Made by a program: the position numbers and the translations under genes. DNA of 63,491 nucleotides, the filler included, from Octopus bimaculoides (taxonomy: Eukaryota): NCBI RefSeq assembly GCF_001194135.2. It is 6 parts of 6 records of this genome, joined end to end, with 100 filler letters (N's around TTAATTAATTAA, not from the genome) between each part and the next. Parts side by side here need not be neighbours in the genome. Positions count along the whole stretch, not along the records: positions 1 to 19,721 come from NC_068982.1; 5 more parts are not named here. One strand, written 5' to 3'. Every line of letters begins with the position of its first letter. Positions within the stretch are counted from its first letter, which is position 1. Under the pieces are notes generated by a model. That model searched no databases. It worked only from the letters and a program-made list of their open reading frames with translations, and was not told where the DNA came from. Below are positions 1 through 11,080 of this stretch, one piece after another.

Positions 1-20
1 TATATATATATATATATATA

Positions 21-143
21 TTTCGTCTTTTCCGTGTCGATGAAATAAGTACCAGTCACGCACTGGTGTCGATGTAATCGTCTTAATCCCTTTGTCCTTA
101 TTTGTCCCCTCTATGTTTAACCTTCTGTGGGCAACAAAGATAT
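21..143 (+). mobile_element. SINE family A, 3' half
   Basis: gtcgatgaaataagtaccagtcacgcactgg..gtcgatgtaatcg matches the body of the fuller copies at 5575, 12071 and 12298. Confidence 0.8.
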
Positions 144-144
144 A

Positions 145-257
145 GGAGTGGTTGTGTGGTAAGTAGCTTGCTTACCAAACCACATGGTTCCGCTTTCGTT
201 CCCACTACGTGGCACCTTGGGCAAGTGTCTTCTACTATAGCCTCGGTTCGACCAAAG
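145..257 (+). mobile_element. SINE family B, tRNA-like head (runs into a gap)
   Basis: ggagtggttgtgtggtaagtagcttgcttacc...ggcaccttgggcaagtgtcttctactatagcc; A/B-box-like head, the same sequence recurs at 47385, 51657 and 56990. Confidence 0.85.
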
Positions 258-267
258 NNNNNNNNNN

Positions 268-441
268 CCAGCTGGACGGGACGCCAGTCCATCGCAGCGT
301 GACTCATTTTTGCCAGCAGAGTGGACTGGAGCAACGGGAAATGAAATGTTTTGCTCAAGAGCAGAACGCGTCACCAGGAACCGAAACCACAATCTTACGA
401 TCATGATGCTGACACCCTTAGCACTAAGCCACGCACCTCCA
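268..441 (-). mobile_element. tRNA-derived SINE family F with V-domain-like core
   Basis: Minus strand reads gtggaggtgcgtggcttagtg...ttgagcaaaacatttcatttc..ctgcgatggactggcgtcccgtccag; related copies at 27465-27600 and 49005-49220. Confidence 0.7.
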
Positions 442-1322
442 CATATATATATACATCTATATACATATATATATATATATATATACATATATATATTCAT
501 ATATATGCATATATATATGTATATATATACATATACATATATATATACATATATATATATATATACATATATATACATATATATTTACATACATACATAN
601 NNNNNNNNNNNNNNNNNNNNNNNNNNNNNNNNNNNNNNNNNNNNNNNNNNNNNNNNNNNNNNNNNNNNNNNNNNNNNNNNNNNNNNNNNNNNNNNNNNNN
701 NNNNNNNNNNNNNNNNNNNNNNNNNNNNNNNNNNNNNNNNNNNNNNNNNNNNNNNNNNNNNNNNNNNNNNNNNNNNNNNNNNNNNNNNNNNNNNNNNNNN
801 NNNNNNNNNNNNNNNNNNNNNNNNNNNNNNNNNNNNNNNNNNNNNNNNNNNNNNNNNNNNNNNNNNNNNNNNNNNNNNNNNNNNNNNNNNNNNNNNNNNN
901 NNNNNNNNNNNNNNNNNNNNNNNNNNNNNNNNNNNNNNNNNNNNNNNNNNNNNNNNNNNNNNNNNNNNNNNNNNNNNNNNNNNNNNNNNNNNNNNNNNNN
1001 NNNNNNNNNNNNNNNNNNNNNNNNNNNNNNNNNNNNNNNNNNNNNNNNNNNNNNNNNNNNNNNNNNNNNNNNNNNNNNNNNNNNNNNNNNNNNNNNNNNN
1101 NNNNNNNNNNNNNNNNNNNNNNNNNNNNNNNNNNNNNNNNNNNNNNNNNNNNNNNNNNNNNNNNNNNNNNNNNNNNNNNNNNNNNNNNNNNNNNNNNNNN
1201 NNNNNNNNNNNNNNNNNNNNNNNNNNNNNNNNNNNNNNNNNNNNNNNNNNNNNNNNNNNNNNNNNNNNNNNNNNNNNNNNNNNNNNNNNNNNNNNNNNNN
1301 NNNNNNNNNNNNNNNNNNNNNN

Positions 1323-1495
1323 ATATATGGGAGAATATACAAAAAATAACAACAGACGAGGACAGGTGGTGTAAATAACAAAAGTATATATTAGTATGAC
1401 GCTCGGGAATACGGAAAGTCTTTGACGTTTCGAGCTACGCTCTTCAACAGAAAGAATACGGAGACAAGGAGAAAAACACGGAGAAAAAAAATTGA
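1323..1495 (-). mobile_element. Penelope-like terminal repeat (pLTR) ending in (TA)n
   Basis: Near-identical to 44915-45110, which abuts a PLE RT fragment; contains a hammerhead-like motif. Confidence 0.7.
1419..1455 (-). ncRNA. Minimal type I hammerhead-like motif, non-canonical core
   Basis: TCTTT-CTGTTGAA-GAGC-GTA-GCTC-GAA-ACGT-C-AAAGA: stem I TCTTT/AAAGA, stem II GAGC/GCTC, palindromic ACGT stem III, GUC site. Confidence 0.55.
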
Positions 1496-1521
1496 ATAGT
1501 GTTCAGTCAACGGTCAATCAT

Positions 1522-1560
<39 letters not shown>

Positions 1561-1866
1561 TACATTGATTTATATTCGTACGTACACAGAAGGGGAGGGG
1601 AAGAAAGAGGTAGTTACATATATTAAAGAGTGGAGTTTTTGTTTTAGCCAACTGAGATATTTAATTTATTCGGTGAGAGTGCACAACAACGCAACTGGCG
1701 GTAGGAGCTATGAATTTATATCGGTGAGAATGTAACTAACGGGAGAAAACTGTCCTCATATATATATCATGAATAGAAAACACGGAATATTTAACACAGA
1801 AATTTCAAAAACATTTTGAGCTAAGGTTAAGGCAACAGCATAAGTGTGCGTGTGTGTGTGTGTGTG

Positions 1867-1928
<62 letters not shown>

Positions 1929-2006
1929 AGAAATGGAGAAAAAAAAAGATAGAAGAAACTTTCACATACGCACGCACACACATACATAGACACACACGTA
2001 CACACA

Positions 2007-2045
<39 letters not shown>

Positions 2046-2365
2046 CCTACCTCTCTATCTATCTATCTATCTATCTACGTCTTACACACATGCACGTACA
2101 AACACGCCGCGACTGAAGTGTTGTTGATTGTTATTCATATACTACACATTTCCTGTTATGTTTATAAACATATCCTCCTCTTAAATGAAAGTATTAAAAG
2201 AGCCAGTTTTTTTATATACATTTAATACACGCAAGCACACTCATACACACTTACACATAAACACATATACGCATACACTCGCACATACATATAAACATGG
2301 ATTGTGCGTGTGTGTGTGTGTGTGTATGTGTGCGTGTGCGCGTGCGTGTGTAAATATTATAAGTA

Positions 2366-2407
<42 letters not shown>

Positions 2408-3149
2408 NNNNNNNNNNNNNNNNNNNNNNNNNNNNNNNNNNNNNNNNNNNNNNNNNNNNNNNNNNNNNNNNNNNNNNNNNNNNNNNNNNNNNNNNNNNNN
2501 NNNNNNNNNNNNNNNNNNNNNNNNNNNNNNNNNNNNNNNNNNNNNNNNNNNNNNNNNNNNNNNNNNNNNNNNNNNNNNNNNNNNNNNNNNNNNNNNNNNN
2601 NNNNNNNNNNNNNNNNNNNNNNNNNNNNNNNNNNNNNNNNNNNNNNNNNNNNNNNNNNNNNNNNNNNNNNNNNNNNNNNNNNNNNNNNNNNNNNNNNNNN
2701 NNNNNNNNNNNNNNNNNNNNNNNNNNNNNNNNNNNNNNNNNNNNNNNNNNNNNNNNNNNNNNNNNNNNNNNNNNNNNNNNNNNNNNNNNNNNNNNNNNNN
2801 NNNNNNNNNNNNNNNNNNNNNNNNNNNNNNNNNNNNNNNNNNNNNNNNNNNNNNNNNNNNNNNNNNNNNNNNNNNNNNNNNNNNNNNNNNNNNNNNNNNN
2901 NNNNNNNNNNNNNNNNNNNNNNNNNNNNNNNNNNNNNNNNNNNNNNNNNNNNNNNNNNNNNNNNNNNNNNNNNNNNNNNNNNNNNNNNNNNNNNNNNNNN
3001 NNNNNNNNNNNNNNNNNNNNNNNNNNNNNNNNNNNNNNNNNNNNNNNNNNNNNNNNNNNNNNNNNNNNNNNNNNNATGTATATATATAGGACATGTATAT
3101 ATATATATATATATATAAGACATACATATAAGACATGTCCGTCTAATAA

Positions 3150-3690
3150 CCCCCACCTTCCAAATTAAAACAGGAAATACCTAAATGACAAGAACAAGTA
3201 AAGAAACTGACCAGCTAAAACATACATACATTCTTTTGTGAACCCCTAAAAATTCCATTAGAAAAATGTTCACATACCCAATTACTAAGTTTTTTTTTTA
3301 AATTCTGGGCTAAACTTTGAACCTTTGAGCTTTATATTGTCAAAGCAAAATATTAAATAATTAAAAACAAATATAATTAAAACTATTGAGATATCCTATA
3401 CTTACGTACCAAAAGGGACACACCTAAATATTTACACCTGCTTACAAAGTGCTACATATTTAATAAATTCTAAACAATAACTCCAAATTTAATCAATAAA
3501 ATTTCTTAGAACCCACTCTCTATAACAACCCACCCTAAAACCTACTTACCATTCCACTGAAACCTGAAGAAGATTGTTTAACTCAAAAGAGAATATATAA
3601 AAGCAAGATTAACTTAATGCATTCCAATCCGACGGTGGCATAACTGGCCGAAACTTCGAAGTCAGTAACATTCTTGTTTAAGAATAAGAA
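3150..3690 (+). mobile_element. Degenerate Penelope-like 3' end
   Basis: Broken frame ..VPKGTHLNIY.. resembles a GIY-YIG C-terminus and is followed by a hammerhead-like motif at 3629-3663. Confidence 0.35.
3629..3663 (+). ncRNA. Degenerate hammerhead-like motif
   Basis: CCGACGG-T-GGC-ATAACTG-GCC-GAA-ACTTCGAAGT-C; perfect 10-nt palindromic stem III and GUC site, but core has two mismatches and stem I is lost. Confidence 0.4.
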
Positions 3691-3707
3691 AAAAAAGGAT
3701 AGATAAC

Positions 3708-3754
<47 letters not shown>

Positions 3755-4064
3755 GCACCTTTGTTTATCTTATCTCAGTTTTGGCTAATGACGTTTCGTA
3801 TTTTCTTATTAAACATTTATGTTTTGTTAACTCTAAACTGACCGTAGAGAGCTTTTGAAGAAATTTAAAAAAGGAATATTTATTAAAAATTTATCAGATA
3901 TGAACTCACTTCTATTTCAGTATATGTATTTGTGTAAATACCGTATATTTATGCATGCATGTATATATACATACAGAGACACAGACAGACAAATAGACAG
4001 ACTCGCACGCACACGGCTAACGAACCCTGTCATTTATTTCTGGGTAACTCTTTTGTCCTTTCTC

Positions 4065-4097
<33 letters not shown>

Positions 4098-4098
4098 T

Positions 4099-4160
<62 letters not shown>

Positions 4161-5029
4161 CATAATACATGGATATGCACACACACACACACAGACGCAC
4201 ACGCTATCATACATATATCTGAAGGAACTTTTCTCTCTTCATTAATATTTAAGTTTGCATATGAGTGAGATAAAGGTAAACGTACATGTGTTGTTCCAAT
4301 GTATAGTCAAACGTGAGTGTTAAGTTTAAACAGAATCCAATAACCTATATTTTTTAACACAATGCATAAAAAATTTAGTAAGTTTTTAATGAAAACCACT
4401 AACAATGATAACGGAACAAATATGGGCTTTTGTTTTTATTGTAATTAAAATCTTGTATAGCAAGACAAAAATCTTAATTAAAGTAAAGAAAGCGATATGA
4501 ATACTTTTAACATAACAGATAAAGGTTATAAATTATGTAGGTGCGCCCGCACACACGTTTGTATGTGTGTGTGTTTGTGTGTGTACGTTCACATGTGTTT
4601 GTATGTACATGTGTGCTTTGTATTTCGTCTCAGTTGTGGGAAGACCGCAAAAAAATTTTTAAATGGATATGAATGGAACTAAATGCACCTGCCAATGAAG
4701 AATTTAGCCACATTTAGGAATATTTTAAGCCCCCTTGTAAAATGTTCATTGTCAAGGATATTTTTGTTAACAGCTCAATTTTTAATGAATAATTTACAAG
4801 CTCTCAAAGAATTCAGAATATATGACTGTATATATAATGCATTGGAGCCTTCTTGCTTATATTTTTCATTAATTATTTTGACTGGAAAAATGTCCCAGCA
4901 GGAAGATAGCGAAGCAAACAAAAACTATCATAAAGAAAACCCTCTTAATTTACCTGATAGCCTTACGGGTTTATATTTTCCCAGATATGGTCCTTATCAT
5001 CTGAAAATTGCTAATTATTGATATTCTGT

Positions 5030-5277
5030 ATCTTTTACCTATGTCAATCATTGGTCTACGGCCATGCTGGATCACCCCCTTGAAAGATTCAGTCAAGATG
5101 AAATCGACCTAGTAATTATTTCTTTTCCTTTCATTTTTATATTCTGGTACTGAAACAATCGCTCTCTTTTGCCGAACTTCTCTTGACATGGATGAAAACA
5201 AACCAACGCTTGTCGTCAAGCGATGGGGAGGAGACAAACACAAATAAAGACATATACCTATAGATATATAACTATTC

Positions 5278-5314
<37 letters not shown>

Positions 5315-5468
5315 CGACGGGCTTTTCAGTTTCCGTCCATCAAATCCACTCCCAACGCATTTTGGTCGGCCTAGGGATATAATAAAAGACACTTACCGAA
5401 GGAGCCGTCGAGTGGGACTCCTAAGACCACATAGCTGGAAACCAGGTTGCCTAACAGCACAGCCACGG
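5030..5468 (-). mobile_element. SINE family B, diverged full-length copy with internal (TA)n
   Basis: Matches the 47385-47765 copy at both ends. Confidence 0.75.
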
Positions 5469-5574
5469 CTGTACTGTGTACCTTTCTGAAAATAAAGACA
5501 AACTTGAGTTAAACATGCTTTAATCAAAGTAGTTCGTTTCACATATTGCCATTCAGATAATAATTTTACAAAGA

Positions 5575-5742
5575 AGCATTGTCATTTTTGAGTTGAAATT
5601 CCGCCGAGGTCGACTTTGCCTTTCATCCTCTCAGGCTCGATAAAATAACTACCAGTTACGCACTGGGGTCGAGGCAATCGACTTAATCCTTTGCCTGTCT
5701 CCTCTATGCTTAGCCCCCCTGTGAGTAATAAAGAAATAAAGA
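5575..5742 (+). mobile_element. SINE family A
   Basis: gaaattccgccgaggtcgactttgcctttcatcc...gataaaataactaccagttacgcactggggtcga. Confidence 0.85.
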
Positions 5743-5923
5743 ATTAAATTATGTGTATCTTTCTATGAATGTTTATACTACACATGTATGTATGAATGCA
5801 TGCATGTATGTATGTATGTATGTATGTACCTTAGTGTATAGGTGCATACGTACGCACATACGATAATATATATGTATATAATTATGTGCATACCTATGTA
5901 AGTTTCTATATACAAATGTATAC

Positions 5924-5955
<32 letters not shown>

Positions 5956-5974
5956 ATGCATACATATATATATG

Positions 5975-6021
<47 letters not shown>

Positions 6022-6149
6022 TCTCATATATGTATCTTTTAGTGTATGTATGTCTAACGTACGTATTACCTACGTACTTATGTATGTATATGTGTATGTA
6101 CGTACGTAGAATAATATATATATGTACATATGTTTGTCCTTAAGTGCAA

Positions 6150-6660
6150 GAGAATGTATGCTTTCTTTCTCCTTTTAATTCAGAATAAATTTTGACCGGC
6201 TACTTGTTTGGTAGCAAGGTTGTGAATGGAAGCATCTGCAAGTCCTTTAAATTTTAAGAAATTTTTGCAGGCTTTTATACTTCCACATGTAGTATTCTCT
6301 CCCAACATCCCAACTTCAGCAATACATTGTTCCAGACGGGTTGGAATGTATCCTATTGCTTCAATAATAATAGGTATGATGCTGAAAGTATATCTTGGGT
6401 ACTGGATTTGTGAACACCTTATCAATGGTCCATAGATGTCTTATTTCTCTTGTATGTTTCGAACCGCATTAATGCCAGGAGGGTAGCTGATTTTCACAAC
6501 AGAACACACATTTTCCTTGTGGTCCCACACAACAGCATCTGGCCGGTTGTATTTTAACTTGGTGGCTGTTTCAATTTCCTTTCAAGTTCCACCAATATTC
6601 TTTTGACATATCGGTCTCGAAGTTCTCTTCGCAGTCATGAGATCCAGGGATCGATCCTAC
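6150..6660 (-). mobile_element. R4/Dong-like non-LTR retrotransposon, RLE 3' fragment (pseudogenised)
   Basis: EYWWN..TATKLKYNRPDAVVWDHKENVCSVVKISYP..DIYGPL..YPRYTFSIIPIIIEAIGY across frameshifts; PD-(D/E)xK restriction-like endonuclease pattern. Confidence 0.75.
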
Positions 6661-6759
6661 TGCATGTCACCTTGAAAAAAAATGTTATTTTCAAAAGCAT
6701 CAGGTCAACTTAAGACTCAGTGTTAAATTTTCTGAAACTTTGGAAACCCATCAAATGTA

Positions 6760-6915
6760 TTTTGCATGTAATTGAAAGGTCCAGCCTTGTCCCACTTTTT
6801 CACGGTACTTCTACATATTGCGGAATACTCAGCCACTTCCTCGCTAATTCAGTGAGACTGTTAATTCAATTGACTGAACAACTAAATGCTCGCCGTCGAA
6901 ACCGACAGAGATGCA
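6760..6915 (-). mobile_element. Dispersed SINE-like family D fragment
   Basis: ctgtcggtttcgacgg...aagtggctgagtattcc shared with 18570-18715, 29200-29300 and 55430-55530. Confidence 0.6.
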
Positions 6916-7029
6916 TTTACTAGTGTATGTATGAATTTATCTATGAATGTATGTATGCATGTTTGAACGTATGAATGCGTGTATGTATATTTGTCTGTAT
7001 GTATGCGTGTATGTATGCATGCATGTATA

Positions 7030-7330
7030 TATGCGCTTGAAATCATGGTGCCCGCACATTCTTGAGCATGCGACCCATATTGGCACCAAATATCTTGCCC
7101 TGCCTAGTCTCTGGATCACCCTTATAGGGTGGAGTGAGACTGGAATTGTTGTGCAAGCCTTATTGACCCTAAAATTTTAGGCTGTGCAATCGCCGGCGTG
7201 GCGAATTTTCGATGCCGGGGCATGTAGAAGAGTGCGGTGCCACAGCGAGCATAGAAGTCACGAGCGCGAACTCGGGTGAGGCCAACCGCTGGTGCAATGG
7301 TCAGTGAAAGTCTTCTTCGATCACGAGGAA
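7030..7330 (-). mobile_element. CpG-rich block, possible AP-endonuclease fragment of a CR1/Jockey-like LINE
   Basis: HDNFLVIEEDFH resembles the APE GDFN motif; the remainder is scrambled over frames; flanked by (ATGT)n. Confidence 0.3.
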
Positions 7331-7364
7331 GTTGTCATGTATGTATGTCTATATGTATGTATGT

Positions 7365-8274
7365 TCTCCTCTGTATTTTACTTATTTAAATTATTCCTCT
7401 GAGGAAAGAGTTGGTTTCTAACGAAGATCTAAAGTTTTGCCGTTTGGAATGTAGATAACAATACAATGTTACATTTTAAACCCGAGAAAAGTCATGCATA
7501 TCTTTACTGTTCAATATGCGAGCTGGTTGATTTCCTTTTTCGGATTCAGATTATTATTTAGGTATTTACTTACAAAACGAAGTGTACCAATTATTATAGA
7601 TATAAATGTGAATTTATAATCTGGATATAGAAGCTGGAGGTTTCCAAGTAGTTGTCCATAGTTAACTTCTTTCTCTTTGATTTTCAAAGAGATATTCACA
7701 TCAGCAGGATTGCTGACTTCTATGACGGTATATATTTTTTTTCTTGGTATCAAACAACAATATCCGGCCTGTTATGTTTACACTTGACAGCTGTTTTAAA
7801 GGGAATCTTCCATCAGTATTCCTTATTTAGGTATGTATTTAATAACAAGGGGATTCTCTATATTTATCCAGGACAGTCTTTCTTCCGAATGGCGTCGTAT
7901 ATTGATTTTGCGATAACGTCATGTCGCAGAGCGAGGTAGTACCTTGAAGACATTTTTAGGCAACTGCTAATGATGTCTTCCAAAGAAATATGACATAATC
8001 TACATTTTCGGTTGCATCTTGGAGATCCATGGGCTTAACTTTTTCTTTTGTTTATTAGGTATTTAATAGCAATCCCCTATTCTTGAATTGCAAATCCATA
8101 CCCTTCGAGGTGTCATGTGATGTAGCAGTCACGAGTCCAAGAGAGGCTTCCCTTCATATCAATATAACTGCCTTCTTCAAGTCGTCTAGAAACATACCCA
8201 TGCAAGGTCCTTTTTTTTTTCGATATGCTGAGCGTTTCACATCTAGCTCTTCTTTGAGGTATGTCAGTCCGGCC

Positions 8275-8278
<4 letters not shown>
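7365..8278 (-). mobile_element. R4/Dong-like LINE 3' part: Zn knuckle + RLE + 3'UTR
   Basis: CNRKCRLCHISLEDIISSCLKMSSRYYLALRHD; EY*WKIPFKTAVKCKHNRPDIVV; TVIEVSNPADVNISLKIKEKEVNYGQLLGNLQLLYPDYKF; (ATGT)n on both sides. Confidence 0.88.
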
Positions 8279-8305
<27 letters not shown>

Positions 8306-8381
8306 TGTTATGTATAAAAATACGGAGACCATGTAAAATTAGGCCTGTGAGGCCGTTTTTCGACACTTGGGGATAAAGATA

Positions 8382-8417
8382 GAACCGACAGGTTTCACAT
8401 TCTTCATACCTCATCAG
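8382..8417 (-). ncRNA. Degenerate hammerhead-like motif with canonical CUGAUGA core
   Basis: CTGATGA-GGTATGAAGAATGT-GAAACC-TGTC-GGT-T; stems I and II are imperfect. Confidence 0.3.
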
Positions 8418-8551
8418 GGATTGCTTATCTCTTCCTTTCACGATGCTGAGATAACGTAGCGGAATGTTATTAAACCGTAAACAAAATTCTGTCGAACGCA
8501 AGTCACAACACATTAGCACATAACTTTCATAAACGTGAATGAGTGTGTCTG

Positions 8552-8595
<44 letters not shown>

Positions 8596-8967
8596 CGTAT
8601 GTGTGAGTTTGTTGCAGCTGTTGATGTCGTTTAGCCCCAGGCATTCCAGTCATGCTTGACCATCCCACGTTTTTATTTTTAGTTTCGGCAGACAGTATTA
8701 TGTACTGTATACTACCTATTCTTTTTAAAAGGTTGCAAAGTGTGTTATGAGGGACATTTAGCTAGTATTTCTAGTTGGTCGAGCGACTATAAATAGGTTT
8801 GCTCATTAGCTCCACGTATATATCTGCATGTACGTGTGTGCATGTGTGCGTGTGTGCGTGTGTGATATTTAGCAGTAGTGTGATAAATATAATCAGATGG
8901 TTGGTGTCTTGTGATAAAATGTTATATATGTGAGTGAGTGAGTGAGTGAGTGAGTGAGTGAGTGAGT

Positions 8968-9024
<57 letters not shown>

Positions 9025-9107
9025 CTTGTGTGTGTGTGTGTGTGTGTATGTGTGTGTGTGCAAGAGGGCAGTACATGTGCACACAATCAGACATAGACAT
9101 ACATACC

Positions 9108-9615
9108 GTCCTAAAGTAAATATGGAAAATGCCTCTGTTGTGTCAACAAAAGCAATATTGATGTAACATTCCCATCGGTATTTCTGCCAAATGCCAGCAT
9201 AACTGGCCTATTATAGTTGTTTAAGACAAAAAAAGAAATATTGTGTACAGTTATAGAGGTCAGTTGCCTTGTAGACGTGAACACTTCTTATCAAAACTAG
9301 CGAAAAGAAAAAAGATTAACTATCAACTACTCCGAAAACTACAGCTTTTTTACTCAGGTTATAAATTCATCTTTGTAACTCTAATTACTGGTGCATCCAT
9401 CTATGTTAGTAAATGCCTTAGTGGTAATCTTCGAGATCTACGATTTTCAGGCTAGAAAAGTAACCAACCTACAGTCTTTTAACAGATATAGTATATAAGT
9501 GAAGCAGTAAACTTATGTCAAAACTTTGCTAAAGTTCAACGTGTAACTCTTCACCGTTGGTGTTACCTAAATTCCAGCGATAGAGCTTTCTTTCACTGTT
9601 AGAAACCAAATACTT
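9108..9615 (+). mobile_element. R4/Dong-like LINE, RLE 3' end
   Basis: KCQHNWPIIVV*DKK..CTVIEVSCLVDVN..NYQLLRKLQLFYSGYKFIFVTLITGA; starts after gacatacatac. Confidence 0.8.
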
Positions 9616-10330
9616 CTTAAAACAAATTCAGATAATTAGAAAAAGGGAAAGTAACACACATGTAGACACTTACATCTGAAGCAACTATTACATTCACAAA
9701 CAGAACAAGGTTATCCAAAAGATTATTCCAGAGTCGCAGCCTGTTTGTACTTCTGATCCTCTTGGTACTGAATCCCTTATCATTTCTCTTGAGGAAATAA
9801 TAAAAACTACTTGTTCAGGTTTGTAAAGGAGTTAGTAATCAACTTTGAAACCACGGCTTTTATCGATGACCTTAACCGGTATTTAGGTAATGCTTGAGGT
9901 CAGATAGTTTACGACAAAAGGAATAGAAATCAATGGTCTGTCTATCTCCCCTATCCCCTAATTCCACTGAGAAATGCTACAAGTGCCTCGGAACTGATGA
10001 GCAAAGTTAGGGGAGAAAAGACAAACTTCGGCAGACTTCGGAATGTATGGAAATCAGAACTATCCTCATTCAATAAAACCATATCCATGTTGCTTTTGTA
10101 GCACCAACATCTGGGATACATGTCTTGACATTTCAAGAGATCCGCGACTTAGATATCATAACAAAGAAGACACTGCTAATATTCACATCAACAACGACAA
10201 CAGAGATGCAGACAGGATCTGTGTCAATCAAGTGGGGAATAGATGTAGAGGCATATGATCTATCCAAACATTCTCCGAGTCTCACAATGTCTCCCACGGC
10301 CAATATCTACTAAACTATAAAAGGAGAAAT
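9616..10330 (+). mobile_element. R4/Dong-like LINE, reverse transcriptase fragment
   Basis: ..SRSLFVLLILLVLNPLSFLLRK..AFIDDL..TFQEIRDLDIITKK..DADRICV..RG over frameshifts. Confidence 0.75.
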
Positions 10331-10449
10331 GTGTACATCACATGTGAACTCAACAGTGAAAATAATAACACCTTGAAAGTAAGTATTAAAAAAAAACTCC
10401 TGAATAGACATTCTGAGTGTGTGGTTGTTTCATTTTGACTTTAGGTTAG

Positions 10450-11080
10450 CTGGACTGACTTGACTTGGACAGAAACGTAGGGACGAAACATTCATCGGCA
10501 GGCATTTTTGCATTGTAACATGTCCTGCATGCCAGAAGAGACTAAGAACGTTGAAAAGATTCGTGGAAGATGCATCATATTCCATCTAGCCTTCGTAATT
10601 CAGCATCACAAGATAGCTACAAAAAGGCTTGATCAATAAAAGGGGTAATAATTCCTCCAAATCCCCCAATTGTGATAGAAAATGTTGACTGCACCATACC
10701 AGTTGGGAAGATATCATCCACATCACCAACAGCTGTCTTAATTGTCCGCAAAATACCACTTTCCCATGAGGTATGCCATTGTTGCCAAAACTATTTAGAA
10801 TACTATCAGCAAGAAAGGATTGTATTGACAATCATGTAAAAAGTATACCAGAGCCAGAATGTATTAATTAAATGAAAGGTTGGAGGAGAATTCCAATAAA
10901 ATTTACAATCCGGCGCAATCTCAACAGACGTGGTATTGCTCTATGACACACGATGCAAAAGATATTTGCTGTTGAAAACATCAGTTGCCTAATGGTTGTA
11001 AACGTCTCATCTAAAGCTGTTAAAAATACAACGTACAGTGATTTCAGGCATCTTGATTTCACATGCACGATTCATCTCTA
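10450..11080 (-). mobile_element. Highly degenerate RTE-like LINE fragment
   Basis: KSRCLKSLYVVFLTAL..RLLRLRRI and LFWHAGHVTMQKCLP resemble RTE post-RT motifs. Confidence 0.4.

Noticed and set aside
145-215. tRNA-like heads of SINE families A, B and F as tRNA genes
   Set aside because: Each continues into a SINE body and lacks a complete acceptor stem; these are SINE promoters.
310-1374. Long ORFs in the track spanning N gaps and (TA)/(CA) repeats (also 2185-3168, 15736-16929, 49170-50431, 51685-52506, 53151-55115 and others)
   Set aside because: They consist of X and YI/HT/CV dipeptide runs; Ns and dinucleotide repeats simply lack stops.
4683-5021. 112-aa ORF and a possible 34-nt minus-strand exon (DDKDHIWENIN)
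   Set aside because: No recognisable domain or partner exons; splice-like motifs are frequent by chance in AT-rich DNA.
10470-10500. GGGACGAAAC resembling a hammerhead stem II/GAAA junction
   Set aside because: No GTCC partner or CUGANGA core upstream.
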